Source of the DNA: Somniosus microcephalus | Lineage: Eukaryota | Reading direction: 5' to 3' | Length of the DNA: 64,000 nt | Assembly: GCA_052327205.1 (NCBI GenBank) | Contig: CM126220.1 | Coordinates: 33,852,001-33,916,000, forward strand | Shown here: piece by piece, positions 52,101 through 63,533 of the stretch | Layout of the letters: each line of letters opens with the position of its first letter | Position numbering within the stretch: the stretch's first letter is position 1 | Position numbers and translations under genes: made by a program | Notes under the pieces: model-generated | Told to the model about the DNA's origin: nothing | The model's input: only the letters and a program-made list of their open reading frames with translations | Databases searched by the model: none

Positions 52101-55100
52101 TATTGAAGTGTAAACAAGGCTCTCACTTTGTAACCTGTAGCATATAAATGCGACAAAGCATGTTAACATAGTTTCCATATTCAAGCATTTAAAAATAAAT
52201 ACTGTATTGGCATTATTAAAACTACATTCTAATACTTACCTGCAGACAAGGGAGTGAAAGCAGTATCGTACTGCTTAGGCTCGGTATAGTTAAATTCTTG
52301 CACAGAAGAACAAACTTGTTACAAGTTATGTTAAATGGTAAACTGCTCATCGGGTGTTTTAACTGCATTCACTGTTGCCCATCTCCAAAGAGAAAAAAAA
52401 ATTAGGCCTATCCACCCTTTAATCACCCAGGACAATATTTACATAATCAATCCAAGTAAAATGCATGCCCCTCCCTCCCTGTCCCTACATTTATTTTACT
52501 TTCATTTTAAAAAAAAGTTCACCTGTTAACATTGCACTAAATCTCCTCTCTCAGGTTAAAATAGTTTTATAATTTGTTATACTATTTCCCATAATTAAAA
52601 TGGTCAACATAATTTTTTTTTAAATCACTCAATCCTACTGCTTCACTGAAAGCCCCGAGGGGTGGGGGAAGAGAAAGAAAATTCTAGTTTTTGGGAGGGG
52701 GCGGGGAAGAGAAAGCATCGACTCAAAGTGAAAATGTGGCATAGTACTTGCATGTCCTTGTGCTTAATTCTTGGGGAGGTACTCAAAATACAGAATCTAC
52801 TCATTATACACAAACTAGTTCAGAGTATGAAATGCTTGACTGATGTTGGCACAACAGTTTGGAATTTCAATATACAATGGCAGCGTGGTAGATTGCAGTT
52901 GTAGTCCCCCACACTGAACTGTTGATTTTTTACTTTGGGACACCAAGTGCAGGCCTACAGCTTTCCCACAAGGCAGGGGGCAAATGGATGGAGTCAACAA
53001 CTCGTGCACAGCCAACAACTAGACAAACTCCTGCGATCAAGTCACCCTTGATATTTTCCACCCATTGTGCATGGTTCAGAGAGAAAAAAATAACTTAAGG
53101 GCTCCACACCCACAACCCAAGTTGCACTTGGTTCAGGATTTTTTTTTACAAATTGTAGAAATAGTAGGCAATTATACATTGAATGAATAATCATGCATTC
53201 AACAATTCAAGTCATGGATCAGATACGAGATACCAGTAAAGATGTGGAGAGTCAATATAGCTCTGACCAAAGTGAAAATTTAGCAAAGGTGCCATTTACG
53301 GTACCACCTCTTATTCTAGCTATATCCACTTTTCAGAGCAACAAACCTGCTAACTCAAATAATGTATTGCATGATTATGAAAAATTGAGAACAAAAGGAA
53401 ATTGTTCCTTCCTTCCTGTTCAATAGCCTTTCAAAGCCAGTGGCTCATGTCAGGATACAGATCCGCAGGGGCTGGAAACCATGTTACCTCACTGAAGTAA
53501 CCATCCTTTATGTGGTGGGGCAAAACAGCAAAAGCGGACAAGCTATACAACCACAAAAGGGCATCACAGTAGAGCCTGTTCTGCTCCGCTCCACAACGGA
53601 CATCCACACTTTCCCACAAGGTGATTTAGGAGCAATCAGCAGCACAATCTTTGGCTGATTTCCCCTCCCTAGCCCCAGGGAGGAGGGGGGGGGGGGGGGC
53701 AATTATAGTGCCCCCCCCATTACCTTGTCCGAGATCAGCTAATTCAGCACAAACCACTGATCGAGCTTTGGGCCCACCTGCTGTGCGCAGCTCAGCCACA
53801 CACTGTATACATTTACCCACAAATGGTGTTTTAAATACAGCCCAGTAAGTCACATTTGCATTATCAATAGTCACCAACAATAGAAATTGGCCTGCTTTAG
53901 ATAATCACAGGGTATTTAGTCACTAGTGTCACCAACATGGGAAACTAAGCTGTTTTTCCACATACCCATCAGATGGGCAATTTTTTTCTTTGTTGCATTT
54001 AACAGAACCAGTGATTAATAAAATTTATTACACCAAGCTTCCCTTATTGGGAAGGATATCACCAAGACACAGCCACGTGTGTCTTTATTATAACGTACAG
54101 AATGATGGGATTGCAGGCAATTTCAGTTTTAAGGCAGAAGCACTGCCGCAAGTTTGTTTTTGTACCTCTGTCTGTGGAAAAACAGGATACTTACCTTCAT
54201 TTGTTTTGAATGCTGGATTGGCAACTTGTGGATTCCTAATTTTACTGTTTGCTAGCACTTCAGCAGTTATAAATGGGACACAAATGTGTGTGGTGGCATG
54301 AGTGTAACAGATTTGAAATAGTTACCCAATCCACTCAAGTGCCAAAACTGCATTTACAGAGGATGCCAGGAGTCACTAGAATACCTCTTAGATTATAACA
54401 CACTAGTGACCACTAAGTAGCATCCAGTTGCCAGGGTCAGTGGAATCAGAGTATGTGTACCCATGGATGTGCGTATGTGGATCCTCGAGTCTCAGTAAGT
54501 GCTCTCAAGAATAACCCTTTACCAGTTTTTTCAGTGATAAAAGCAGAAGCATGCACAAGCTTTTCCTCGATCGTCTCCCTTTCTGAAAGCAATGCTGTAT
54601 GGTGGGATAAGGATCCATTGATGCCAGCAGCTTTCTGATGCATCGTCCAAGTGGTCATTCTTCACACAGAGCAACAGAGGGCTATTCAAGCAGAGCCTGA
54701 TCCTGCCCAGATATTTACACTCCACAGTTCCAGTTGGGATCACTGAGTAATTAAACAGGAGCAGAGAGCCTGGCCCATTATTCCCTCTCTCTAGCCCTAG
54801 TAAAGTAAGGCCAGTTGCAACACCTTCAACCGAGATTGGCTAATTTAATACAAACCAAGGATTAAACACTTTCTGGTCTGTATGGCTCAGTACCACATAT
54901 TATGGTGCATACACTCAAACCATTAGGTGAGTAAAGTCTAGATTATTAGACCACTCCTGTACACAGGATGACATTTACTTTTAGGACAACAGAAATTTGG
55001 CATTGACAATTCAGTGGCAGACAGACAACCATTTTAGGCACTTAAAAAAAAGCCCATTTCATGAGGTTGCACAATGATAGGATCGGATTGTGCCTGAATT

Positions 55101-58100
55101 AGAGACATTTTGAACAGGAGGCCTTTAAGGAGTAATTTTTGTACAAACCCCTTACTGGCAAGTCCAAATTTTAAGAAAAAGTCCAGAAAGAGAACTCTTA
55201 TTTTCCACTGACCCTGCCTATTACTACAAGGTATATCCCGATAATGCTTTCAGCTCCCTTGTTGATTAGTATATAAATACAACTGAGTCTTTAAACGCAA
55301 TGACTATAGGGTTTCCATTGCCTAGATTTCCTGAGGTAAAAACACATGAAGGATTTAGGTTTAACTAAATTATTGGTTTACATTACTTAGCACATCACTA
55401 CACAATGTTTTTAAAAAAAAAACTACAGTAACTTGCTGGCAAATGGAAACCCTATTAACTTAAAATAGTCAAGTTAACTTCCAGATGTTGAAGTGAAACC
55501 TTTATCATATCCTCCTATATAGCAAGTGCAGCAACCAGCTATTTCTGCATTTGGCAGTTGTTAACGACAAAATACAAAACTGGCTTAAAAGGAGTCCAAC
55601 TTTCAAAAATTGCTACATCGATTTTATGAAGTATGGCATATGCGTAATGCAAAGCCTATATCGGCATACAGTAAATAAATGTACTTTACCACTGCAAGTG
55701 AATCTCAGGCTCCAAATAAACACTAAACCAATTTACAAGCTTGTAACACTCACCCCACAATTTTGTCTTAACAAAATGTTTTATTAATTTACTCCTCAGG
55801 AAGTAAAATACCCAAATGGAAGAAACCAAGCTTTGTTCCCCTTCCCAAAATAGGAACCAGATTGATGTAGTGATGTTTGAGAGACACTCCAAATATCAAC
55901 ATTTTGTAACATACACACATTAAGTTCTCACCTATCTTGAAAATCATTTTTTAATGGAAGGACAATTTAACACTTCAAACAAGTGTTTATTTCAGGATTA
56001 AAGGTTTCACCCAGGAAGGCAATGTCTGAATTATGTGGATCAAGTGGTTGCTATGTTTTAAGTTAACCAAATTAACAATCAGCATATTTAGTTTAATCTA
56101 TTAATTAACAGGCAAAATCTTGGAAAAACAATTCAGATTAGATTCAGTTTATGAGGTTTTAACCAATTCCTGTTTCAAGCTACAAATTCTATTATATTGC
56201 TGACTCTAGGAAGCACATTTAAAAAGCAGCCTCAAGGCAAATTAAGATTACATCCATAATTCTCTCTGAACATTTACACTCTACCTGAAGTGGTAATTAG
56301 ATTAAGCTCATCGGTAAATTATTCCACAGAGGCTGGACATTGCCTTTGGAAAATTAGAACCAGGGCTGAAAATTGCAATCATTTTACTTTATAAAGTTTT
56401 GGATAAAATTTTAAAATAGGCCACTGATACGGAGATCTTCAAAAATTAGAGATATATCTATAGATAGATATATTTATTTTAGTTAAAAGCAAACTTTAGA
56501 GTTAGGCGATTTGGTTCTTAAATGACCCCAATACAAGTAATTTGACCCTGGCCAGTTCTACGTGAAAGGACATTTTGCTACAGTACTTTAGAATGGCTAA
56601 ACAATTTCAGCCCCGTATAGTTAATTGTTACTTTGGGGTGATTTCTTGTATTAATCTCTCTAAAAGGAAGAGGTCATCTTACCCCATGGCACCTCGTCCA
56701 CTCCGACCACCTCTACTGTAACTACTTCCTCTGCTTCCTTGATCATAGCTTCCACGACTTCTGCTCCGGTTTTCAGAGCTACTGGTCGGCGCTCCATAGC
56801 TACTCTGGTCTTGTCCATATCCACTCATATTATTAGTGGAGGGTTGCTCCTGCCTGTATGTACCTAGGTAATATTTCAGTAGTTAATTCCTTGACAAGAA
56901 ATGGGTCCATGGTTATTTAGACATACATACAACTGGATATGCTGTGTAGAACATTTTTCCTCTGTTCCAAGACATTGACTTGGATTTAAAAAATTCTGTA
57001 TTAATTATCAAAAGTAAAGAAAGACTTGCATTTATATAGTGCCTTTCACGACCTCAGGTCGCCCCCAAAGCACGTTACAGCCAGTGAAGTACTTCTGAAG
57101 TGGAGTCACACTGTTGTAATGTAGGAAACGCGGCAGCCAAATGCACACAACAAGCTCCCACAAACAGCAATGTGATCATGACCAGATAATCTGTTTTTGT
57201 TATGTTGACTGGGGGATAAATATTGGCCAGGACACCGGGGACAATGCCACTGCTCATCTTTGAAATAGTGCCATGGGATCTTTTACATCCACCCGAGCGC
57301 GCAGACAGGGCCTCAGTTTAACGTCGCATCTGAGCGACGACACATCTGACAGTGCAGCACTCACACTGCACTGGAGTGTCAGCCTAGATTTCTGTGCTCA
57401 AGTCTCTGGAGTGGGACTTGAACCCACAACCTTCTGACTCAGGCGAGAGTGCTACCAACTAAGCCACAGCGGACACTAAGCGATAACAAAATTGGAAGCA
57501 TGTCATGACTGGTCCATCCACCACAAAATAGCTTGAATTTGATAAATAACCATATTTGGTGATTGTGATATTCAAGCTGGAGATGTGACCGTTTTACTAG
57601 CTCACTTTAAATCTGCTAGAAACACGAGAGTACTTTCACTTACTGTACTGGCTTTGTTGGCTATAGTCTGTCTGTTGTCCATAGCTAGATTGTTGACCAA
57701 ATCCAGTAGGTGGTTGCTGCTGGCTGTACCCTCCAGTTGGGGGGGGTGGTGGCGCATAGCTGCTCCCCTGTTGTCCATAGCTTGCCTGCTGGCTGTAGGT
57801 ACTCTGATCGTAGGCAGTTGGTTGAGTGGTGCTACTGTAACTATAAAAGAAATGTGGATGGCAAGGCAAATGGGTTGGTAACCAGAGGTCATAGATTTAA
57901 AATAACTGTCAGAAAAACTAGAAAGGACATTTCTTCAGAGGGTTAAGATCTGGAATGCACTACCTGAAAGTGTGGTGGAATCAGATACCAGAGTAACCTT
58001 CAAAAGGAAATTGAAGAGGACTAATTTGCAGGGTTATGGGGGGAAAAAACTGGGATGGGGGATTAACTGGGAGGTGACCGCTTTGCGGAACACCTCCGTT

Positions 58101-61100
58101 CAGTCCGTAAGGATGACCCCGAGCTTCCGGGCGCCTGTCATTTTAATTCAACGCCCCATTCCCACTCAGACCTCACTGTACTCGGGCTCTTGCAGTGTTC
58201 CACGGAAGCTCAGCGTAAACTTGAGGAACAGCACCTCATCTTCCGATTAGGCACTTTACAGCCATCCGGACTCAATATCGAGTTGAACAATTTCAGATCA
58301 TAACCTCGGCCCCCATTACATTTTTACTTATTTTTTATCCACACTTTTGTTTTGGCCCTTCCCCCGCCCCTTTTTTTCTCTCCCACCTGGCAGCTGTCTC
58401 CCATTCTGCCAGCACATTTCACACCTAATCTAGAGCCGTCTTTTGTCTCCACTAGTCCGATCACCATCTCGTCTCGTTTTGAATACCTCTCTTCACTTCT
58501 CTTTTGTTCTCCCCCAGCCTGGCCTTTCAATCTATTTCATTTCCTGTACCTTTCCAGTCTTGACAAAGGGTTTGACCCAAAACGTTAACTCTATTTTCTC
58601 TCCACGGATGTTGCCTGGCCTGCTGAGTTTTTCCAGCATTTTCTGTTATTGTGGGGCTAAATTGGACAGCTGGCACAGGCACAAAGGGCCGAATGGCCTT
58701 CTCCTGTGCGGCAAGATTCTATCTACTGTTTTACATATTCACAATTTAGCAGAACACATACGCTTACACAAATAATGGATACCTGCTGAACCCGAATCTA
58801 GGGAAAAGCTAAATCCTTCAATACAACATTTGATTGTGGACACATGTTGAAAAAAACAAATAAATGTCCTTGTTCCTTAGATTACAACAGCCAAGAAACA
58901 TTTACCTTGTCGGAGGAAAGGATGGAGGGGCACTGGGAGGTTGAAGAGGGTAAGCACCATGCACACTCATCTGAGGGTATCCATAATTTGTCTGGCTGTA
59001 TCCCACACTGGATTGAGCATACCCAGTACTAGGTTGGCTATATTCGTCCTGCTTGGTAGTATCCTGTGCTCTGAAAGTTAAGTTAGCAATTAGACAAGAC
59101 GCCGTTACTTTAAGAAAAGGGGGGGGGGGGGGGAGGAAGGGGAGAAAGAGAGGAGGAGGGAGGAGAGAGAAAGAGAAAGGAGAGAATAAAAAAAGGAAAT
59201 TTCTCAGTATAAACATATTTGTGAATTAAATCAGTTTAATGGAACATTTTTAATGTGCAAAATGCCAGGTAGCTTAAAAAAAGCAACAAAGCTGTGGCTA
59301 CAAAATAAACATGCAACAGCCAGTCCAGGTACCAAACCTCTCAAATGTTCTGACATGGTTAAATGTTCAACCACTTGTGAACATTTCTGAGGTTTTCCCA
59401 TCAGTAACTACAAAGCCTCTCGCTCTCATTTCTAAGTTATAGGGAAGCTTGTGATACCAAATTTCTCAACACTTTTGAACCAAGGCAAAAAATGTTTTTT
59501 GATGGTTTGAAACTCAGTATTTGCCACTTAAGGGTCAAGTTAAAACAAACTTATATTTTGTACTGAAATTAGTTACAGCATTGTCAGATACCAGTGCTCT
59601 TGTACTCTAGTTTTTAAGAACATAAGAAACAGGAGTATGCCATTCGGCACTTCAAGCCTGCTCCATCATTCAAAATCATGCTGATCTTCCACCCTAACTC
59701 CACCTTCCCGCATGATCCCCATATCCCTCGATTTGCTCAATACCCAAAAACCAATCTCTGTCTTGAATATACTCAACGACTGCACATTCAGTTCTCTGGG
59801 GTAGGGAATTCCAAAGATTCACAACCCTTTGAGAAGCTTCTCATCAGTCCTAAAATGACCGACCCCTAGTTCTAGACTCCCCAGCCAGGGGAAACACCCT
59901 CCCAGCATCTACCCAGTCAAGCCCCTTATAAGTTTCAATGAGATCACCCCTCATTCTTCTAAACTCTAGGGAATATAGGCCTAGTCTCCCCAATCTCTCC
60001 TCATAGGACAACTCCCAAGAATCAAGTCTGGTGAACCTTGTTGCACTCCCTCCTTGGGCAAGGAGACCAAAACTGTACACAGTACTCCAGGTGTGGTCTC
60101 ACCAAAGCCCTATATAATTTAAGACTTCTTTACTCTTATCCATTTGTAATGAAGGCTGACACACCATTTGCTTTCCTAATTGCTTGCTGTACCTGCATGT
60201 TAACTTTGTGATTTGTGTACAAGGACACCCAGGTCCCTGAGTACCAATAAAATTAAATACAACCATGAAATTATTTTTAACTTTAAAAAAAAAAAAAAAC
60301 TGGATACTTTTAAACCACATACATAGATCAAATGGTACATTTCTGTGCTGTGATGTACATTTGCAAACAATTTTCAGTACTCAAAATGTTGCAAACAAAT
60401 CATGCCGTGCACAATTGGGGCTTCACTAAAAACTAAACAACAAGAGGCAGATGTGTATAATTCAGCTTTGTATTTCAATGCGGCTACAAAAGGATATGGG
60501 AAATGGACATGGAAATAAAATTTGAAAGTAGATAGCTCCAGTTATAAGAACAAGCATTGGCTCAACGGTTATATGGCCTCATTTCCTTCTGTGCTGAAAT
60601 TTCTATGATATTCTTTATTTATCCCTTTCTCTCCCCTTCCACCTGCACATTGCAAGATATATACCTGGTAGGTGCAACGGTTGTAGTTGTGTGCTGTCCA
60701 TATGCAGCATAAGTAGGCTGTTGACCATAGGTGGGCTGCTGCCCATAAGTAGCTGGAGGGGTAGCAGTGCTGTCATATCCAGTTGTGCTGTAAGCCTGCA
60801 CAGGTTGGCTATAAGCCTGAGGTGCAATGGGAGCACTATAACCTATTCAAAAGAAAAAAGTATTAAAGCATTTGTACTTTTTCTGCAGTTTTACATTTAC
60901 ACAATGCACACAAATGTAGTTGAACATAACCTGTTTGATGGCATTGTATTCTGTAACAAGTCAATGCTACTGGTTGTGCTATATTTTTGTTGAATTAATT
61001 GGATATAGATGTGCAGCGAAGTACAATACACCAGTCAATTTGTAGGCTAAACAACTGCGGTCATTTTTCCCCCTCTGACAAAAAGTACAGAAACTTGCTT

Positions 61101-63014
61101 TCATATAGTGCCTTTAACGTAGAAAAATGTGCCAAGTGCTTCAGAGGCCTGAGGGAAAACACATGCCAGGCCAAAGGAGGAGAGATAAGGAAACGTGACC
61201 AAAAGCTTGGCCAAAGATGTGGGTTTTGAAGATGATCTTAAAAAGGATAGGGAGATGGAGGCTTGGGAAGGGAAAGCTAGAACACAAGGCCCATGTTAGT
61301 GAAAGTAGAACCACCAATGATAGGTGAGGGGAGGATGCACATGAGCTTGGAGTCAGGAAGAGATAGTTTGGAGTAGTGGTTTAATTTTAAACTTGGTGTT
61401 GGGGGGACCCTCCAGTCAATCGTCTCATGCTAGGATAAAGACCCAATTGCTGGCAACATTTTAATAGCTCTCTCAAGTAGTTATTTTTCTTGGGCAAATC
61501 TGTACAATTGGCTATTTGACAGCAATGGGCATTCAGCCAGGGCAATGCTGTTTTCTCAAACATCCTCACGTGCGTATTTCTAGATCTCATTGGATAGTAA
61601 TCATCTGGAATTGGAACTCTGGTCAATTCACCCCCCTCTATCCCAGGGATACTGAATAAGCCCAGATAACAGGCTTGTGCGGCACAACATAGTATTGTAT
61701 GTCCATTTAGCCATCATGAATCCATTAATTTTCTGATACCATGAGCAGGAAATTCCAACTCATAGGGACGTTTAATAGAACATTTATTCAGCCATTCGTG
61801 ATACGTTACTTCAATGAAAGACAATTTTGCATACAAGGGATGAAGCAGAAAGGAATTCTGATCCACTTTAACATGTTGTTTCTCTCTCCCCTCCACTCCA
61901 ACCAATGTGAATTACAAAAAGATACTCAAATGCTGAAATACACAATACTGTACATTTCCACCTCACTGGTATGCTACCAATCTAATGACTGACATTTGTG
62001 AATATTGCAGATATTCAACATTTAAGCTTGTATTACTTTAAAAACCTGACGACAACTTTCTGGTTTACAATGTGGCACCAAATACTGACCCTACAAATCT
62101 TAATTGTATCAGTGGTGTAACTAGAATTTAATTGGCGTAATGGTGAGCATGTGAGGTTTTACCTAATATGTCTGCTTCAACTGAGAAACACCCAGTACAA
62201 CTATAGTGCCATTTCAAACTTGAGTGTCACTCAAAATGCTAGGAGCTGTATAAGTATATGGCAAAGGACTGGTGATTACAAATCCTGTCACTGGTTGGTG
62301 CAATTTTAGATGAATTACAAACCTCAAAATTATTAGTGGGATTTATTTTTTCCTGTAGCATAATGGTACAATGTTAAATAAGTCTAATGACAACACTGAA
62401 CATGCATGACAAAAATGTTAGTTTCACAATTAAGTTTCAGATGTTTGATGTAAGGCAGCAATGTGACAAAACGTAACACAAATCATGCAACAATGACCAG
62501 GCACTCTAACCTGCACTTGTCCCTTCTACCCAAGAAAGCACAACAGACAGCAGTAAAAAAAAAGATACAGGTTCAGAATTCATATCATAAATGTCCCTTC
62601 TACCCAAGAAAGCAGACATCAGTAGAAAAACCCACAGGTTCAGAATTAATTCATAATTAGGCAAGTGTAACAGTACAGATTAACTCTTACCAGTCTGAGG
62701 TTGCCCATATGCAGCAGCATATGCTGTCTGTCCGTACGCTGCAGTTGTTTGCGCTTGAGTGTATGTCGTATCAGTGGGTTGGGTATAGGTTCCATAACTT
62801 TGCTGCGCATATGCCTAGTTGCAAATGTTTAGAAAAGGGCTTTAAGTTAGGCTGACAGAATACAAACTGTTGAAACTGCCATGAAATTCAAAGTAATTGG
62901 CAGAATTGCTAAAGGTTTGCTGCTAGATTAACACAAACAAAGTAGGTTTTTTTTTGTCTTACTTGGGTCGTCTGTCCATATGCTTGAGCAGGCTGAGCTG
63001 CATAGGTTCCATAC
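40087..63014 (-). CDS. EWSR1: RNA-binding protein EWS (FET family), spliced CDS, 5'-partial (exons 1-2 beyond window)
   Basis: 15 coding exons: 62963-63014, 62691-62814, 60665-60842, 58906-59070, 57644-57840, 56683-56863, 51570-51604, 50883-50918, 49899-50074, 49680-49809, 49428-49595, 41120-41234, 40927-41021, 40365-40584, 40087-40126 (1912 nt). All GT-AG with a continuous frame. Encodes SYGQ low-complexity domain, RGG boxes, RRM, RanBP2 zinc finger and C-terminal PY-NLS. Confidence 0.97.
40365..40584 (-). CDS. EWSR1: EWSR1 coding exon (exon 16 equivalent, RGG3)
   Basis: GACAG|GTGATC...GATAGGAA|GTAAGT; [21 protein letters not shown]...GPGKMDR. Confidence 0.95.
40927..41021 (-). CDS. EWSR1: EWSR1 coding exon (exon 15 equivalent, RanBP2-type zinc finger)
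   Basis: TTTATAG|AACTTGT...CCAG|GTGAGT; [31 protein letters not shown]. Confidence 0.95.
41120..41234 (-). CDS. EWSR1: EWSR1 coding exon (exon 14 equivalent, RGG + zinc finger start)
   Basis: TTTCAG|GACCCATG...CCCAACCC|GTATGT; [15 protein letters not shown]. Confidence 0.94.
41648..44570 (-). mobile_element. Long, internally deleted CR1 LINE in EWSR1 intron 13 (sense to gene)
   Basis: Endonuclease ([10 protein letters not shown]...VGVVYRP), [28 protein letters not shown] and C-terminal segments with frameshifts. Confidence 0.93.
45720..48510 (+). mobile_element. Near full-length degenerate ORF2 of the second CR1-clade family in EWSR1 intron 13 (antisense)
   Basis: [49 protein letters not shown]; ends GATCCCGTAAACGAATAAAAA. 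Confidence 0.92.
49428..49595 (-). CDS. EWSR1: EWSR1 coding exon (exon 13 equivalent, RRM end + Q/P tract)
   Basis: TTCAG|GCAAGG...CGAGGAG|GTGAGA; [40 protein letters not shown]. Confidence 0.92.
49680..49809 (-). CDS. EWSR1: EWSR1 coding exon (exon 12 equivalent, 130 nt, RRM core)
   Basis: [43 protein letters not shown]; TTACAG| and |GTAGG. Confidence 0.96.
49899..50074 (-). CDS. EWSR1: EWSR1 coding exon (exon 11 equivalent; Pro/Ala linker + RRM start)
   Basis: TTTTGCAG|TAGCAG...ATAAAG|GTTTGT; [30 protein letters not shown]. Confidence 0.93.
50883..50918 (-). CDS. EWSR1: EWSR1 coding exon (exon 10 equivalent, 36 nt; alternative in-frame acceptors possible)
   Basis: Polypyrimidine tract CTTTCTTTCCCCTCCCATCCAG| and donor CCAG|GTAATG; [12 protein letters not shown]; preserves phase 1. 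Confidence 0.8.
51213..51430. repeat. Diverged tandem repeat, ~81-bp unit x ~2.7 (EWSR1 intron 9)
   Basis: ATTCATCACCAG..AGGTAATTTGAAACCCATTTTAATGCAAACCCATCACT recurs at ~51213, ~51293 and ~51375. Confidence 0.85.
51570..51604 (-). CDS. EWSR1: EWSR1 coding exon (exon 9 equivalent, 35 nt)
   Basis: CCCTGCAG|CGGT...CCTGGTG|GTAAGT; [11 protein letters not shown]. Confidence 0.9.
56683..56863 (-). CDS. EWSR1: EWSR1 coding exon (exon 8 equivalent, 181 nt, first RGG region)
   Basis: TAG|GTACAT...GCCATGGG|GTAAGA; [19 protein letters not shown]...[11 protein letters not shown]. Confidence 0.93.
57017..57478 (-). mobile_element. Deu-domain SINE, full length with tRNA-derived head
   Basis: A box TGGCTTAGTTGG and B box GGTTCAAGTCC on minus strand; homologous to 34060-34435. 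Confidence 0.85.
57644..57840 (-). CDS. EWSR1: EWSR1 coding exon (exon 7 equivalent, 197 nt)
   Basis: TTTATAG|TTACAG...CAGTACA|GTAAGT; [24 protein letters not shown]. Confidence 0.93.
58073..58650 (+). mobile_element. Penelope-like element 3' fragment (GIY-YIG endonuclease C-terminus + tail), nested in a CR1 remnant in EWSR1 intron 6
   Basis: 58073-58303 translates [26 protein letters not shown]...[29 protein letters not shown]; tail ends GCCTGGCCTGCTGAGTTTTTCCAGCATTTTCTG. Confidence 0.88.
58906..59070 (-). CDS. EWSR1: EWSR1 coding exon (exon 6 equivalent, 165 nt)
   Basis: TTTCAG|AGCACA...ACAAG|GTAAA; [33 protein letters not shown]...PPSFPPT. Confidence 0.92.
59617..60242 (-). mobile_element. 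CR1 3' fragment with deletions (EWSR1 intron 5)
   Basis: [29 protein letters not shown]; tail AAGAACATAAGAA. Confidence 0.85.
60665..60842 (-). CDS. EWSR1: EWSR1 coding exon (exon 5 equivalent, 178 nt)
   Basis: TAG|GTTATA...CCTACCAG|GTAT; [27 protein letters not shown]. Confidence 0.93.
62691..62814 (-). CDS. EWSR1: EWSR1 coding exon (exon 4 equivalent, 124 nt)
   Basis: CTAG|GCATAT...CAGACTG|GTAAGA; [41 protein letters not shown]. Confidence 0.94.
62963..63014 (-). CDS. EWSR1: EWSR1 coding exon (human exon 3 equivalent, 52 nt)
   Basis: TTTACAG|GTATGG...ACCCAA|GTAAGA; [17 protein letters not shown]. Confidence 0.93.
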
Positions 63015-63533
63015 CTGTAAAGATGGACAGTGAAAGTCTTCATAGTTTAAACATTACAATACAAATAACCACAAGTCCTGATTGTTCGTTCTGAAACATT
63101 ACGATACAAATAACCATTAAAAGTACCAATCTGCATGAGTCAATAATAAGCAATTGTTCTGCCAAAGATAATTCAACTCAACTAGAAAGAATTAGGAAGG
63201 AACAGGAGTAAGCCATTCAGCCCCTTGAGCCTGCTCCGCCACTCATTTAGCTCACCTACCCACTTTGGTTCTGTATCCTTTAATACCCTCGCCCAACAAA
63301 AAAATTTCAATCTCCGTTACCCCCAACTACCTGATCAAAAGCCATCTCTGCACTTGGGAAAGATTGGTCACACGGCTATCCAAGACTGTATTCCAAGTGG
63401 TCTATATAAAGTCTAGACTGGAGGTAACTGCATCCAGCCCAAATTCTGACAGTATTGAAGGAGGTTATGGATTTATAATATGCGCAGAAGGGGGAAAAAC
63501 AGATCAGAGCTTTTACATACATACATACATATA

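Noticed and set aside
57400-57478. tRNA gene
   Set aside because: A/B boxes belong to the tRNA-derived head of a SINE; no full cloverleaf
62518-62656. ~70-bp tandem duplication near the exon 4 donor (similar small ones at ~20270-20390 and ~63048-63115)
   Set aside because: Ordinary slippage duplications that do not include splice sites
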